From Actinomycetales bacterium (GTDB lineage Bacteria; Actinomycetota; Actinomycetes; S36-B12), in assembly GCA_016125355.1 (NCBI GenBank), contig WGLX01000010.1:58402-122401 (forward strand): a stretch of 64,000 bases of DNA, given 5' to 3'. This document shows, in pieces, positions 19,618-32,467 of the stretch (positions within the stretch are counted from its first letter, which is position 1; each line of letters starts with the position of its first letter). The translations under genes were made by a program, and so were the position numbers. Under the pieces are notes generated by a model. That model was not told the origin of the DNA and did not search any database. It saw only the letters and a program-made list of their open reading frames with translations.

Positions 19618-20165
19618 ACGGCTGGCTGATCGTCGGCATTGTGGTCCTGGTCGTGCTCGTCCTCTTCGGCCTGTACCTGAGCATGACGGCCGGTCGACTG
19701 GACCACCTGCACCGGCGGATCGACACCTCGACCCTGGCCCTCGACGCCCAGCTGCTGCGGCGCTCCTCCGTGGCCGTGGAACTGGCCTCCTCGCAGGTGC
19801 TGGATCCGGGTTCGGGAATGCTCATCGCGGACGCCGCCCACCGCGCCCGCCAGGCGGCGGACGCGGGTCCCGAGGAGCGTGCCCTGGCCGAGTCCGACCT
19901 CACGGCGGTCCTCCTTGCCACCCTCGACACGGACGACATCGAGGAGGTCCGGCGGAAGGAGCACGGGTCGGACATGCTCGATGAGCTGGACGCCGCGTGC
20001 CGGCGGGTGCAGCTGTCGAGGCGGTTCCACAACGACGCCGTGCGGGCATGCCGGCAGCTGCGGCGTCAGCGCATGGTCCGCCTCTTCCGGCTCGCTGGCC
20101 ACACGCCGTGGCCGGAGACGTGGGAGATGGACGACTCCATGCCGGAGGGCCTCACCGACCGCTGA
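19614..20165 (+). CDS. LemA-like membrane protein (conserved after pimA)
   Basis: N-terminal TM helix; RLDHLHRR, LDAQLLRR, AESDLT, RRFHNDAV. Confidence 0.75.
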   Translation: MNGWLIVGIVVLVVLVLFGLYLSMTAGRLDHLHRRIDTSTLALDAQLLRRSSVAVELASSQVLDPGSGMLIADAAHRARQAADAGPEERALAESDLTAVLLATLDTDDIEEVRRKEHGSDMLDELDAACRRVQLSRRFHNDAVRACRQLRRQRMVRLFRLAGHTPWPETWEMDDSMPEGLTDR

Positions 20166-20264
20166 TCTCCGCCCGGGCCAACGCCGTCACGGCGGGCAGC
20201 CGGGCAGGCCGTAGGATTGGCAGCCACGGCGCGGCGCCGTGCATCCGAACAAGCGAGGTTTGAC

Positions 20265-21161
20265 GTGACGGACGTGTCCCCAGTCGTCGGTACGGACAGG
20301 GTCAAGCGCGGAATGGCCGAGATGCTCAAGGGCGGCGTCATCATGGACGTGGTGACCCCGGAGCAGGCCAAGATCGCCGAGGACGCCGGAGCCGTGGCCG
20401 TCATGGCCCTCGAGCGCGTGCCCGCCGACATCCGGGCTCAGGGTGGCGTCGCTCGCATGTCCGACCCGGACATGATCGAGGGCATCATCGACGCGGTGAC
20501 CATCCCGGTCATGGCCAAGGCCCGGATCGGTCACTTCGCCGAGGCGCAGGTCCTCCAGTCCCTGGGCGTCGACTACATCGACGAGTCCGAGGTGCTGACA
20601 CCGGCCGACTACGCCAACCACATCGACAAGTGGCAGTTCACCGTGCCCTTCGTCTGCGGGGCGACAAACCTGGGTGAGGCGCTCCGGCGCATCACCGAGG
20701 GCGCGGCCATGATCCGCTCGAAGGGCGAGGCGGGCACGGGGGACGTGTCCAACGCCGTCACCCACATGCGCAAGATCGGCGGGGAGATCCGCCGCCTGCA
20801 GACGCTGTCCGAGGACGAGCTCTACGTCGCGGCCAAGGAGCTCCAGGCGCCCTACGACCTCGTGCGAGAGGTCGCCCGCGACGGCGCGCTGCCCGTGGTG
20901 CTGTTCACCGCCGGCGGCATCGCCACGCCGGCCGACGCCGCCATGATGATGCAGCTCGGCGCCCAGGGCGTGTTCGTGGGCTCGGGCATCTTCAAGTCCG
21001 GCGATCCCATCGCCCGGGCCAACGCCATCGTGCAGGCGACCCGGCACTACGACGACCCGGCGATCGTGGCGAAGGTCTCCCGCGGCCTCGGCGACGCCAT
21101 GGTCGGCATCAACGTGGCGGACCTGCCGGTGCATCACCGCCTGGAGGACCGGGGCTGGTGA
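20265..21161 (+). CDS. pdxS: Pyridoxal 5'-phosphate synthase lyase subunit
   Basis: [38 protein letters not shown]. Confidence 0.97.
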   Translation: MTDVSPVVGTDRVKRGMAEMLKGGVIMDVVTPEQAKIAEDAGAVAVMALERVPADIRAQGGVARMSDPDMIEGIIDAVTIPVMAKARIGHFAEAQVLQSLGVDYIDESEVLTPADYANHIDKWQFTVPFVCGATNLGEALRRITEGAAMIRSKGEAGTGDVSNAVTHMRKIGGEIRRLQTLSEDELYVAAKELQAPYDLVREVARDGALPVVLFTAGGIATPADAAMMMQLGAQGVFVGSGIFKSGDPIARANAIVQATRHYDDPAIVAKVSRGLGDAMVGINVADLPVHHRLEDRGW

Positions 21162-21763
21162 GCTCGCCGCATATCGGCGTCCTCTCGATTCAAGGTGATG
21201 TCCGGGAGCATCTGCACGCCCTCGAACGCGCCGGAGCACGGTCGTCGGCCGTGGGGTCGCAGGACGCCCTTCGCGATGTGGACGGCCTGGTCATCCCCGG
21301 GGGCGAGTCCACGACGATCTCGAAGCTCGCCGTGGCTGACGGGCTGATGGAGCCGCTTCGTTCGGCCCGGGCAGCGGGCCTGCCCATGTTCGGGTCCTGC
21401 GCCGGGATGATCATGCTGGCCGACCGCGTCGAGGATGCCCGTCCCGACCAGGAGTTCATCGGCGGGCTCGACATGGTCGTGCGGCGGAACGCCTTCGGCC
21501 GGCAGGTGGACTCCTTCGAGGTGGACCTGTCGGTCCCGGACATCGGGGCGGACCCGTTTCGGGCGGTCTTCATCCGGGCGCCTTGGGTCGAGTCGATCGG
21601 GGCGGACGTCGAGGTGCTCGCACGCGTCCAGCGCGGAGGCGACGAGAGTACGATCGTGGCGGTCCGGCAGGGCCCCTTGATGGCGACCGCGTTCCACCCC
21701 GAACTGACCGGGGACGCGCGCATCCATGAGTTGTTCGTCGAGATGGTGAGGGAGCAGGCATGA
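21158..21763 (+). CDS. pdxT: PLP synthase glutaminase subunit
   Basis: [38 protein letters not shown]. Confidence 0.95.
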   Translation: MSSPHIGVLSIQGDVREHLHALERAGARSSAVGSQDALRDVDGLVIPGGESTTISKLAVADGLMEPLRSARAAGLPMFGSCAGMIMLADRVEDARPDQEFIGGLDMVVRRNAFGRQVDSFEVDLSVPDIGADPFRAVFIRAPWVESIGADVEVLARVQRGGDESTIVAVRQGPLMATAFHPELTGDARIHELFVEMVREQA

Positions 21764-22512
21764 GTGGCCATTCCAAGTGGGCGACCACCAAGCACAAGAA
21801 GGCGGTCATCGACGCCAAGCGGGGGAAGCTCTTCGCACGCCTCGTGAAGAACATCGAGGTTGCGGCCCGTCAGGGCGGCGGCGATCCCGACGGCAACCCG
21901 ACCCTCTACGACGCGATCCAGAAGGCCCGCAAGAACTCCGTGCCCCTCGACAACATCGAGCGGGCCGTGAAGCGCGGGTCAGGCGCTGAGGCGGGGGGTG
22001 CCGATTGGCAGACCATCATGTACGAGGGCTACGGCCCGAACGGCGTCGCCGTCCTCATCGAGTGCCTGACGGACAACCGCAACCGCGCGGCCTCCGAGGT
22101 CCGGGTGGCGATGACGCGCAATGGCGGCTCCATGGCCGATCCCGGTTCCGTGTCCTACCTGTTCAACCGCAAGGGCGTCGTCATCGTCCCGAAGGTGGAG
22201 GGCACCACCGAGGACGACATCCTCATGAGCGTGCTCGACGCCGGTGCCGAGGAGGTCAACGACCTCGGGGAGGCGTTCGAGATCATCTCGGAGGCCACCG
22301 ACCTCATCGGGGTCCGCACGGCCATCCAGCAGGCCGGCCTCGACTACGAGTCCGCTGAGACCAACTTCCTCCCCAGCGTCAGCGTCGAGCTGGACGAGGA
22401 CGGCGCCCGCAAGGTCTTCCGCCTCATCGAGGCCCTGGAGGACAGCGACGACGTGCAGAACGTCTACGCGAACTTCGACGTCAGCGACGACGTCATGGAA
22501 GCCGTGGGATGA
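21760..22512 (+). CDS. yebC: YebC/PmpR family protein
   Basis: [35 protein letters not shown]. Confidence 0.96.
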   Translation: MSGHSKWATTKHKKAVIDAKRGKLFARLVKNIEVAARQGGGDPDGNPTLYDAIQKARKNSVPLDNIERAVKRGSGAEAGGADWQTIMYEGYGPNGVAVLIECLTDNRNRAASEVRVAMTRNGGSMADPGSVSYLFNRKGVVIVPKVEGTTEDDILMSVLDAGAEEVNDLGEAFEIISEATDLIGVRTAIQQAGLDYESAETNFLPSVSVELDEDGARKVFRLIEALEDSDDVQNVYANFDVSDDVMEAVG

Positions 22513-23939
22513 ACGCCAACGTCGGCACCCAACTGACCGGGTGGGATGCCGCCACCTTCCGGACCGCCAGCGGCGACCCCACGATGCGGTCGACCGTCAT
22601 GGCGGCGACGATCCTGGAGAGCGCGCCAGACTGGGATCGGCTCCGGGCCAGGGTCGAGCGGCTCACCCTCATGGTGCCGACGCTGCGGATGCGCCCCCTG
22701 TTCGGGATGCTCGGGGTGTCCGCACCGCGCCTCGCCGTCGACCCGAACTTCGACCTGGACGTGCACCTGCACCGCTACCGGGTGCCCGATGGCACCGGAT
22801 GGCAGGCCCTGCTGGATGACGCGCGGCGGATGAGCCTGACGGACTTCGACCGCAACCGGCCGCTCTGGGAGGCGGTCCTCGTGGAGGGGCTTCCCGAGGG
22901 TCGGGCGGCGTTCGTGATGAAGCTGCACCACTCCATCGCCGATGGGCAGGCCACGGTCATGATGGGCCTTGCGCTGTTCGAGTTCGGGCCCGATCCCGAC
23001 CCGAACGAGGCGCCCGCGCCGGATGCGCCCCTTGCCGAGGACGTCGGCCTGCGGGAGATCACGGCGGCCAACGTCAGCGACACCCTGCGACGCGGCACCT
23101 CGGCGGCCGAGAACCTCGTCCGCGGGGCCCTCGGCTTGGCGAAGGGCAGCATCACCGACCCGCGCCGCACGTGGGGGATTGCGCTCACGACGGTCACCTC
23201 CATCGGCAGGATGGCGTCGGTGCCCGACGGGCCGCTGTCGCCGGTGATGATCGGGCGGGGCACGACCTACAGCTTCGCCGCCATGGACATGCCGTTCGAG
23301 CCGATCCGGTCCGCCGCCAAGGAGATCGGCATGAGCGTCAACGACGCCTTCCTCGCGGCCGTGGCGGTGGGCATGGACCGCTACCACGAGCGGCACGGAG
23401 TGGTAGTGGACGATCTGCGCATCAATGTCCCCATCAGCCTCCGCGGCGACGCCGGTGACCGGAGTGCCAAGGCGTCCAACGCGGTCGCCATCGCCCGGTT
23501 CCCCATCGGCATCGCCGGACTGACCCCGCAGGAGCACATGGCCGAGGCGCACGCCCTCGTCGAGCGCTGGCGCGAGGAACCGGCCATCCGCATGGCCGAC
23601 CCCCTCGCCGAGGTGAGCTGGTTCGTGCCCGTGCCGATGATCGCTCAGGCGGCACAGGCCTCCGATGTCACGACCAGCAACGTGCCGGGACCACCCCTGC
23701 CCCTCTACCTGGCGGGGGTGCGCATGGTCGCCGTGTATCCGCTGGTGGCCACCATCGGCGCCGCCGTCAACATCACGATGGTCACGTACGACGGCACCGC
23801 GTACTTCGGCATCTCGGCGGACGACCGGGCCGTGACCGACCTCCCCGAGCTCGTCGCCGACCTGGCGGCCGGATTCGCCGACGTCACCGGCGACACGCCG
23901 ACCACGCGACCTCAGACAACCGAGCAGCTGACCGACTAG
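22509..23939 (+). CDS. Wax ester synthase / diacylglycerol acyltransferase (WS/DGAT)
   Basis: FDLDVHL, RNRPLWE, catalytic HHSIADG, SVNDAF, SNVPGP. Confidence 0.9.
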   Translation: MNANVGTQLTGWDAATFRTASGDPTMRSTVMAATILESAPDWDRLRARVERLTLMVPTLRMRPLFGMLGVSAPRLAVDPNFDLDVHLHRYRVPDGTGWQALLDDARRMSLTDFDRNRPLWEAVLVEGLPEGRAAFVMKLHHSIADGQATVMMGLALFEFGPDPDPNEAPAPDAPLAEDVGLREITAANVSDTLRRGTSAAENLVRGALGLAKGSITDPRRTWGIALTTVTSIGRMASVPDGPLSPVMIGRGTTYSFAAMDMPFEPIRSAAKEIGMSVNDAFLAAVAVGMDRYHERHGVVVDDLRINVPISLRGDAGDRSAKASNAVAIARFPIGIAGLTPQEHMAEAHALVERWREEPAIRMADPLAEVSWFVPVPMIAQAAQASDVTTSNVPGPPLPLYLAGVRMVAVYPLVATIGAAVNITMVTYDGTAYFGISADDRAVTDLPELVADLAAGFADVTGDTPTTRPQTTEQLTD

Positions 23940-23942
23940 CCT

Positions 23943-23960
23943 TCCGAACAGGTGTTCGGA
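23943..23960 (+). promoter_or_regulatory. LexA (SOS) box upstream of ruvCAB
   Basis: TCCGAAC-AGGT-GTTCGGA matches the actinobacterial CGAAC-N4-GTTCG box; lies immediately after a TAGCCT -10 (23937-23942). Confidence 0.88.
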
Positions 23961-24012
23961 TGTCCGTGCGCCTGCCCCTGCGGGCATCCGCAGGCGTCCG
24001 GAGGAAGGTGCG

Positions 24013-24525
24013 GTGCGAGTCCTCGGCATTGACCCCGGCCTGACCCGCTGCGGCACGGCGGTGGTCGACGGAGCGCCCGGGCGGACGCTGACCGCGGTGC
24101 ACATCGGGGTGATCCGCACCGCCGCCGATGACCCCATCGAGCGACGCCTGGCCGAGGTCGAGGCGCAGCTGACCGCCCTCGTCGACGAGTTCGCCCCGGA
24201 TGCGATCGCCATCGAGCGGGTGTTCAGCCAGCACAACGTGCGCACGGCGATGGGCACCGCGCAGGCGGCGGCCATGGGCCTGCTGATCGCCGGGCGCCGC
24301 GGCATGCCGGTCGCGCTCCACACGCCCACCGAGGTCAAGGCGGCCGTGACCGGCAATGGGCGGGCGGACAAGGCCCAGGTGGCGTCGATGGTCACCCGGC
24401 TCCTGAGGCTCCCCGGACCGCCGAAGCCGGCCGACGCCGCTGACGCGGTCGCCATCGCCATCTGCCAGGTCTGGCGCGGCGAGGCACAGCGGAAGCTCGC
24501 GAGCGCCTTGGCGGCGACCCGATGA
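24013..24525 (+). CDS. ruvC: Crossover junction endodeoxyribonuclease RuvC
   Basis: [44 protein letters not shown]. Confidence 0.96.
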   Translation: MRVLGIDPGLTRCGTAVVDGAPGRTLTAVHIGVIRTAADDPIERRLAEVEAQLTALVDEFAPDAIAIERVFSQHNVRTAMGTAQAAAMGLLIAGRRGMPVALHTPTEVKAAVTGNGRADKAQVASMVTRLLRLPGPPKPADAADAVAIAICQVWRGEAQRKLASALAATR

Positions 24526-25145
24526 TCTCGTTCGTGCGCGGCACCGTCGTCCACGCGGGGGCCGACTCGGTGGTGGTCGACCTCGGCTCCGTCGGCGTCC
24601 GGGTCCAGTGCACGCCCAGCACGGCGCTCACGCTGCGGCACGGTGAGCACGTCGAGCTCATGACCACGATGGTGGTCCGCGAGGACGGGTGGACGCTGTA
24701 CGGATTCGTCGATGACGACGAGCGCTCGGTGTTCGAGCAGACCCAGACGGTGAGCGGGATCGGCCCGCGCATCGCCCTCGCCCTGCTCGCCACGCTCTCA
24801 CCGGACGAGCTGAGACGCGCCGTGTCCGCCGGTGACGAGGCGACCCTCGTCCGCGTGCCCGGGATCGGGCGCAAGGGCGCACAGCGGCTGATCCTCGAGC
24901 TGGCGGACCGACTCGGCCCGGCCGGGGGCGGCGAGGCGGGGGAGCCGGTGCCTGCTCCGCGGGAGGCCGCGTCCTGGGAGCAGTCCGTCGTCGCCGGTCT
25001 CGCCTCCCTGGGGTGGTCGGCGCGGGAGGCCGAGGCGTCGGTGGCCGCCCTCGACCCGGAGGTGGTGGCCGCAGCCACGGCCGCCCAGCCACCGGACGTC
25101 GGAGCATTGCTCAAGGCGGCCCTGCGCGGGCTGGATCGATCGTGA
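24522..25145 (+). CDS. ruvA: Holliday junction branch migration protein RuvA
   Basis: [41 protein letters not shown]. Confidence 0.95.
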   Translation: MISFVRGTVVHAGADSVVVDLGSVGVRVQCTPSTALTLRHGEHVELMTTMVVREDGWTLYGFVDDDERSVFEQTQTVSGIGPRIALALLATLSPDELRRAVSAGDEATLVRVPGIGRKGAQRLILELADRLGPAGGGEAGEPVPAPREAASWEQSVVAGLASLGWSAREAEASVAALDPEVVAAATAAQPPDVGALLKAALRGLDRS

Positions 25146-25155
25146 CGGGCCGGCC

Positions 25156-26187
25156 ATGACGCTGAACCCCGAGTCGGATGCCGACGACGCGGTCGTCGAG
25201 GGTGCCTTGCGGCCGACGAGCCTCGGCGAGTTCGTCGGCCAGGATCGCGTCAAGTCACAGTTGGGCCTGGTCCTCGAGGCGGCCCGGCGCCGTGGCCGTG
25301 CCGCCGACCACGTCCTGCTCAGCGGGCCGCCCGGGCTCGGCAAGACCACGCTCGCCGGGATCATCGCCGCCGAGTTGGAGGCGCCGCTGCGGATGACGGC
25401 CGGGCCGGCCCTCCAGCACGCGGGCGATGTCGCAGCCGTCCTGTCCAGCCTGCAGCCGGGCGAGGTCCTGTTCATCGACGAGATCCACCGCACCGCCCGG
25501 GCAGCGGAGGAGCTGCTCTACCTCGCCATGGAGGACTTCCGGATCGACGTGGTCGTCGGCAAGGGCCCGGGGGCCACGGCCATCCCCGTCGCCATCGAGC
25601 CGTTCACGCTCGTGGGGGCGACCACGCGCGCCGGCCTGCTGCCCTCTCCGCTGCGCGACCGGTTCGGCTTCACCGCGCACCTGGACTTCTACGACGCCGC
25701 GGACCTCGCGGTCATCATCACCCGCTCGGCGCGGCTGCTCGATGTGCCGGTCGAGGACGACGGCGTGAGCGAGATCGCCGGGCGATGCCGGGGCACGCCG
25801 AGGATCGCCAACCGGCTGCTGCGCCGGGTGCGCGACTGGGCCCAGATCCACGGTGAGGGAGTGGTCACCCGTTCGAGTGCCCGGGCGGCACTGGACCTGT
25901 ACGAGGTCGACGCGCTCGGGCTCGACCGCATCGACCGAGCCGTCGTGGATGCCCTCGTGACGCGGTTCGGAGGCGGGCCCGTGGGCCTGTCGACGCTGGC
26001 GGTGGCGGTCGGCGAGGAGCCGGAGACCATCGAGACCGTGTCGGAGCCGTTCCTGGTGCGGCTCGGGATGCTGGTGCGCACGCCGAGGGGCCGCATGGCC
26101 ACGGCGGCCGCATGGCGGCATGCCGGGTTGACGCCGCCGGACGTGGCCGGGCAACCCACTCTCGATCTCGACGGGAGCGATGGGTAG
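25156..26187 (+). CDS. ruvB: Holliday junction helicase RuvB
   Basis: [41 protein letters not shown]. Confidence 0.97.
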   Translation: MTLNPESDADDAVVEGALRPTSLGEFVGQDRVKSQLGLVLEAARRRGRAADHVLLSGPPGLGKTTLAGIIAAELEAPLRMTAGPALQHAGDVAAVLSSLQPGEVLFIDEIHRTARAAEELLYLAMEDFRIDVVVGKGPGATAIPVAIEPFTLVGATTRAGLLPSPLRDRFGFTAHLDFYDAADLAVIITRSARLLDVPVEDDGVSEIAGRCRGTPRIANRLLRRVRDWAQIHGEGVVTRSSARAALDLYEVDALGLDRIDRAVVDALVTRFGGGPVGLSTLAVAVGEEPETIETVSEPFLVRLGMLVRTPRGRMATAAAWRHAGLTPPDVAGQPTLDLDGSDG

Positions 26188-26232
26188 CCTCGAGGGTCGC
26201 GCCCTCTGCTGGGCCGATGCCCGAGTCGAGGA

Positions 26233-26523
26233 GTGAACGTGGACCCCATTGGCCTTCTGCTGCTGGTCGTCGCCGGCGCGGCCTTCTACTTCATGATCAT
26301 CCGTCCGGGTCGGCAGCGGCAGAAGGCGCAGCAGGAGATGGCCGCGGCCCTCCAGCCGGGGGTCGAGATCATGACGGTCGGCGGCATCTTCGGCACGGTT
26401 GCAGCCGTCACCGACGAGGAGATCAGCGTCGAGGTCTCGCCCGGCGTCCACATGCGCATGGTCCCTGCGGCGGTCGCCAAGGTGATCGAGCCGAAGCCCG
26501 TCGAGGACGACCCCGTAGACTGA
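26233..26523 (+). CDS. yajC: Preprotein translocase subunit YajC
   Basis: TM helix, then FMIIRP and LQPGVEIMTVGGIFGTV. Confidence 0.93.
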   Translation: MNVDPIGLLLLVVAGAAFYFMIIRPGRQRQKAQQEMAAALQPGVEIMTVGGIFGTVAAVTDEEISVEVSPGVHMRMVPAAVAKVIEPKPVEDDPVD

Positions 26524-26583
26524 CCCGGCCCGTGCGGCCCCGCGGACCCGCGGTCGGCGCGCCGAATTCACTGAAGGAGCACT

Positions 26584-28278
26584 GTGGCGTCATCGTCCAG
26601 CAGCATGCCCGTACGGCTGCTGATCGCCTTGGCCGCGCTCATCGTGGCCTTGGGGGTCGTGGCCTTCTGGCCGGGCACCGACAGCGCGGTCCGACTCGGG
26701 CTCGACCTGCAAGGCGGCACCCAGGTCATCCTGAAGCCGACTCCCGTCACCGAGGGTGCCAGCATCACCGAGGAGCAGCTCCAGCAGACCGTGTCGATCA
26801 TCCGACAGCGCGTCAACGGGCTCGGCGTCTCCGAGGCGGAGGTCACCACCCAGGGATCGGGTGACGGTGCGGTCATCGTCGTGTCCGTCCCGGGCGTGAA
26901 CCAGGACCGCATCGTCGATCTCGTGCAGCGCACGGCGTTGCTCGACTTCCGTCCCGTGTGGGGCCTGTACAACCCGACGCCCACCGTGGCGGCAAGCGCC
27001 ACACCGAGCGCCACACCGTCCCCGTCCACATCGGCGTCGCCGGCTGCCTCGCCAGCCGCGAGCGCCGGGGCATCGCCGAGTGCCTCCCCGAATGCGTCCT
27101 CGAGCACGGCTGCGGCCGAGCCGGCGCCGCTGATCCAGGCCGCGGACAACACCCAGGAGTTCCAGGACAAGATCGCCGCCCTCGACTGCACCGATCCGAC
27201 CTACTACACGGGCGGGCGCCCCGACGATCCGACGCTGTGGCTGGGCACCTGCCAGCGTGACGGCACCGCCAAGTACAACCTGCAGCCCGCGTTCATCCAG
27301 GGCGTCAACGTCACCGATGCCACGGCGGCCCTCCCGACGAACGGCGTCGGCTGGGTGGTCAACCTGTCCTTCGACTCCGAGGGCGCCAAGGCGCTCGCTG
27401 ATGCCTCGACCTCGCTGACCGCACTCCCGGAGTGCGGCGCGGCGGGAGCGAACCCCTGCAACGCGTTCGCGATCGTCCTCGACGGCGTGGTCGTATCGGC
27501 CCCTCGGTTCAACGAGCCCATCCTGGGCGGCTCGGCGCAGATCGAGGGCAACTTCACGGCGCAGGAGGCCAAGGACCTCGCCAACGTCCTGAAGTACGGC
27601 GCCCTGCCGGTCACCCTGGAGCCGGTCGACATCACCACGGTGTCGCCGACGGTCGGCAGCGACCAGCTGCGCGCGGGCATCATCGCGGGCCTGCTCGGAC
27701 TCCTGCTGGTCGCGCTCTACCTGATCGCCTACTACCGGGTCCTCGGCGTCGTAGCCGTCCTGTCCCTCGGCATCGCCGGCGTGATCTTGTACTTCACGTT
27801 CATCGTGCTCAGCAAGACGATCGGACTGACGCTCACCCTCGCCGGCGTGGCCGGCGCCATCGTCGCCATCGGCATCACGGCGGACTCGTTCATCGTGTAC
27901 TTCGAGCGCATCCGTGACGAGATCCGAGAGGGTCGCTCGCTGCGCCAGGCCTGCGACACGGGCTGGATCCGGGCCCGGCGCACCCTGCTGGCCGCTGACT
28001 TCGTGTCGCTGCTGGCCGCCATCGTCCTGTACTTCCTGTCCGTCGGCAGCGTGCGCGGCTTCGCCTTCGTGCTCGGGCTGACGACCATCATCGACGTGCT
28101 CGTCGCCTTCTGGTTCACGCACCCGCTCGTCGTGCTCATGGGACGCAGCTCGTGGATGCAGAAGGGGTCGAAGTGGACGGGCCTGGATCCCGACCGCCTC
28201 GGCGGGGCCTCGGTCCTCGGAGCCCGCACGACGGCGTCGCGCAGACGCCGCACCAGCAACGAGGAGGTGTCGTCATGA
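26584..28278 (+). CDS. secD: Protein translocase subunit SecD
   Basis: LGLDLQGG, RVNGLGVSE, AIVLDG, LKYGALP, GITADSFIVYFERIRDE. Confidence 0.96.
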   Translation: MASSSSSMPVRLLIALAALIVALGVVAFWPGTDSAVRLGLDLQGGTQVILKPTPVTEGASITEEQLQQTVSIIRQRVNGLGVSEAEVTTQGSGDGAVIVVSVPGVNQDRIVDLVQRTALLDFRPVWGLYNPTPTVAASATPSATPSPSTSASPAASPAASAGASPSASPNASSSTAAAEPAPLIQAADNTQEFQDKIAALDCTDPTYYTGGRPDDPTLWLGTCQRDGTAKYNLQPAFIQGVNVTDATAALPTNGVGWVVNLSFDSEGAKALADASTSLTALPECGAAGANPCNAFAIVLDGVVVSAPRFNEPILGGSAQIEGNFTAQEAKDLANVLKYGALPVTLEPVDITTVSPTVGSDQLRAGIIAGLLGLLLVALYLIAYYRVLGVVAVLSLGIAGVILYFTFIVLSKTIGLTLTLAGVAGAIVAIGITADSFIVYFERIRDEIREGRSLRQACDTGWIRARRTLLAADFVSLLAAIVLYFLSVGSVRGFAFVLGLTTIIDVLVAFWFTHPLVVLMGRSSWMQKGSKWTGLDPDRLGGASVLGARTTASRRRRTSNEEVSS

Positions 28279-29381
28279 GCCGCTTCCGGGATATCGGGCA
28301 CCGGCTGTACGCCGGTGAGGTCTCGTACGACTTCGTCGGGCGCAAGAACCGCTGGTACATCATCTCGGCGGTGATCCTCGTCGTGGCCATCGGCGCGCTC
28401 CTCATCCGCGGCCTCAACCTCGGCATCGAGTTCCGCGGCGGCGCCGACTTCACACTCCCCAATGCGACGTGCTCGGTCGAGGACGCCCGCGCCATGGCCG
28501 AGTCGGCCACCGGTGCGCAGGCCATCGTGACGGAGACCGCCAGCGGCACGATCCGTGTGCAGACCGAGTCCCTCAGCGCGGCGGACAGCTCGGCGCTGGC
28601 CGGCGACCTGGCGGGGCTGTGCGGGCTCACCAAGGACGACATCAAGGTCCAGGTGGTCGGCCCGACGTGGGGAGCGGAGATCTCCCAGAAGGCCCTCCAG
28701 GGCCTGGTGGTCTTCCTGATCCTCGTCACGATCTTCCTGTCGATCTACTTCGAGTGGCGGATGGCCGTCGCGGCGCTCATCGCCCTCGCGCACGACCTGC
28801 TCATCACCATCGGCATCTACGCGCTGACCGGACTCGAGGTCACCCCCGCCACCGTGATCGGACTGCTGACGATCCTGGGCTACTCGCTGTACGACACCGT
28901 CGTCGTCTTCGACAAGGTCAAGGAGAACACCAAGGGCATCGCGGGCCAGTCCGTGATGACGTACAGCGATGCGGCCAACCTGGCGGTCAACCAGACCCTG
29001 GTCCGGTCCATCAACACGTCCATCGTCGCGCTGCTCCCCGTGCTGGCCATCATCGTGGTCGGCGCCGGGCTGCTCGGCGCGGGCACGCTGCTCGACCTGG
29101 CCGTGGCCCTGGCCATCGGCATGGCCGCGGGAACGTACTCCTCGATCTTCGTGGCCACGCCCTTCCTGGCGCAGCTCAAGGAGCGGCAGCCAGACATGAA
29201 GGCGCTGTCGGCTCGCGTCAACGCCCGACGCAAGCAGGGGCGGGCGCCGGCCGCCGCGGAGGTCGCGAACGGCTCGGACGAGGCGGAGCCGAGGCGCTCC
29301 ACGCCGGGGCCGACCACACGCGTGGATTCCTCGGCGCGGCAGCAGCCGCGACGCCAGTCGCGGTCGCGTCGCAAGGGCTGA
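28275..29381 (+). CDS. secF: Protein translocase subunit SecF
   Basis: LGIEFRGG, VGPTWG, GYSLYDTVVVFDKVKEN, RSINTS. Confidence 0.96.
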   Translation: MSRFRDIGHRLYAGEVSYDFVGRKNRWYIISAVILVVAIGALLIRGLNLGIEFRGGADFTLPNATCSVEDARAMAESATGAQAIVTETASGTIRVQTESLSAADSSALAGDLAGLCGLTKDDIKVQVVGPTWGAEISQKALQGLVVFLILVTIFLSIYFEWRMAVAALIALAHDLLITIGIYALTGLEVTPATVIGLLTILGYSLYDTVVVFDKVKENTKGIAGQSVMTYSDAANLAVNQTLVRSINTSIVALLPVLAIIVVGAGLLGAGTLLDLAVALAIGMAAGTYSSIFVATPFLAQLKERQPDMKALSARVNARRKQGRAPAAAEVANGSDEAEPRRSTPGPTTRVDSSARQQPRRQSRSRRKG

Positions 29382-29382
29382 C

Positions 29383-29940
29383 GTGTTCGACCGGTCGGCC
29401 GTCGAGCGCCAGCTGTGGAGCCGGGTGCACGACGTGCCCGACTGGCCGGAGCCCGGGGTCCTGTTCCGGGACCTCACCCCGCTGATGGCCGATGGCGACG
29501 CCTTCGGCGCGGCCGTCGATCTCATGGCGGTGCAGCTCGGACGCGGTCGGGTGGATGTGATCGTGGGAATCGAGGCGCGCGGATTCCCGTTCGCCGCGGC
29601 CCTCGCCTATCACCTCGGCGCGGGATTCGTGACCCTTCGCAAGCCCGGCAAGCTGCCGCGTGACGTGCACAGCGAGTCCTACGACCTCGAGTACGGCTCG
29701 ACCGCCCTCGAGGTGCATCGGGACGCCATGGCGCCCGGCACCAGGGCCGTGATCGTCGACGACGTGCTGGCCACGGGTGGCACGGCATGCGCCGCGGTGG
29801 AGCTCGTGCGACGCACGGGTGCCGAGCTGGTCTCGGTCGCGGTCATCATGGATCTGCCCACGCTGGGGGGCGCCGATCGGGTCCGTGCGCTGGGGGTGCC
29901 GGTCTCGGCGCTGCTGAATGGGGATGCGCCCGTACACTGA
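29383..29940 (+). CDS. apt: Adenine phosphoribosyltransferase
   Basis: PDWPEPGVLFRDLTP, GIEARGF, RKPGKLP, IVDDVLATGGT. Confidence 0.95.
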   Translation: MFDRSAVERQLWSRVHDVPDWPEPGVLFRDLTPLMADGDAFGAAVDLMAVQLGRGRVDVIVGIEARGFPFAAALAYHLGAGFVTLRKPGKLPRDVHSESYDLEYGSTALEVHRDAMAPGTRAVIVDDVLATGGTACAAVELVRRTGAELVSVAVIMDLPTLGGADRVRALGVPVSALLNGDAPVH

Positions 29941-29961
29941 GAGCGCGACCAGGGAGGGGCT

Positions 29962-32244
<2,283 letters not shown>

Positions 32245-32248
32245 CGAG

Positions 32249-32442
32249 TTGAACCGCTTCCCGGCTCAAATCTGCAGATTTGAGCCGGTTTCGCGGTTCT
32301 TCTGACGAATTGAGCCGCTCGGACGAACCGTGCCCCGATTCGGCAGAAGCGTGCCCCGACCCGTCAGGGCGGGCGGTTCAAATGAGCGGAAATCCCCTGA
32401 AAGCGGTGCAGTTCTGCAGATTTGAGCCGGGAAGCGGTTCAA
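32249..32442. repeat. 194-bp palindromic element with perfect 30-bp terminal inverted repeats (MITE/REPIN-like)
   Basis: TTGAACCGCTTCCCGGCTCAAATCTGCAGA (32249-32278) is the exact reverse complement of 32413-32442; internal perfect 28-bp palindrome at 32261-32288. Confidence 0.85.
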
Positions 32443-32467
32443 ATCTGAGGAGGGGGGGGCGTCGGGG

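Noticed and set aside
20246-20260. CGAAC half-site upstream of pdxS as a second LexA box
   Set aside because: The right half (GAGGT) does not match GTTCG.
26975-27125. Ser/Pro/Ala/Thr low-complexity repeats in secD (similar tracts occur in ppiB and the binding-protein tether)
   Set aside because: These are ordinary in-frame flexible linkers, common in actinobacterial envelope proteins.
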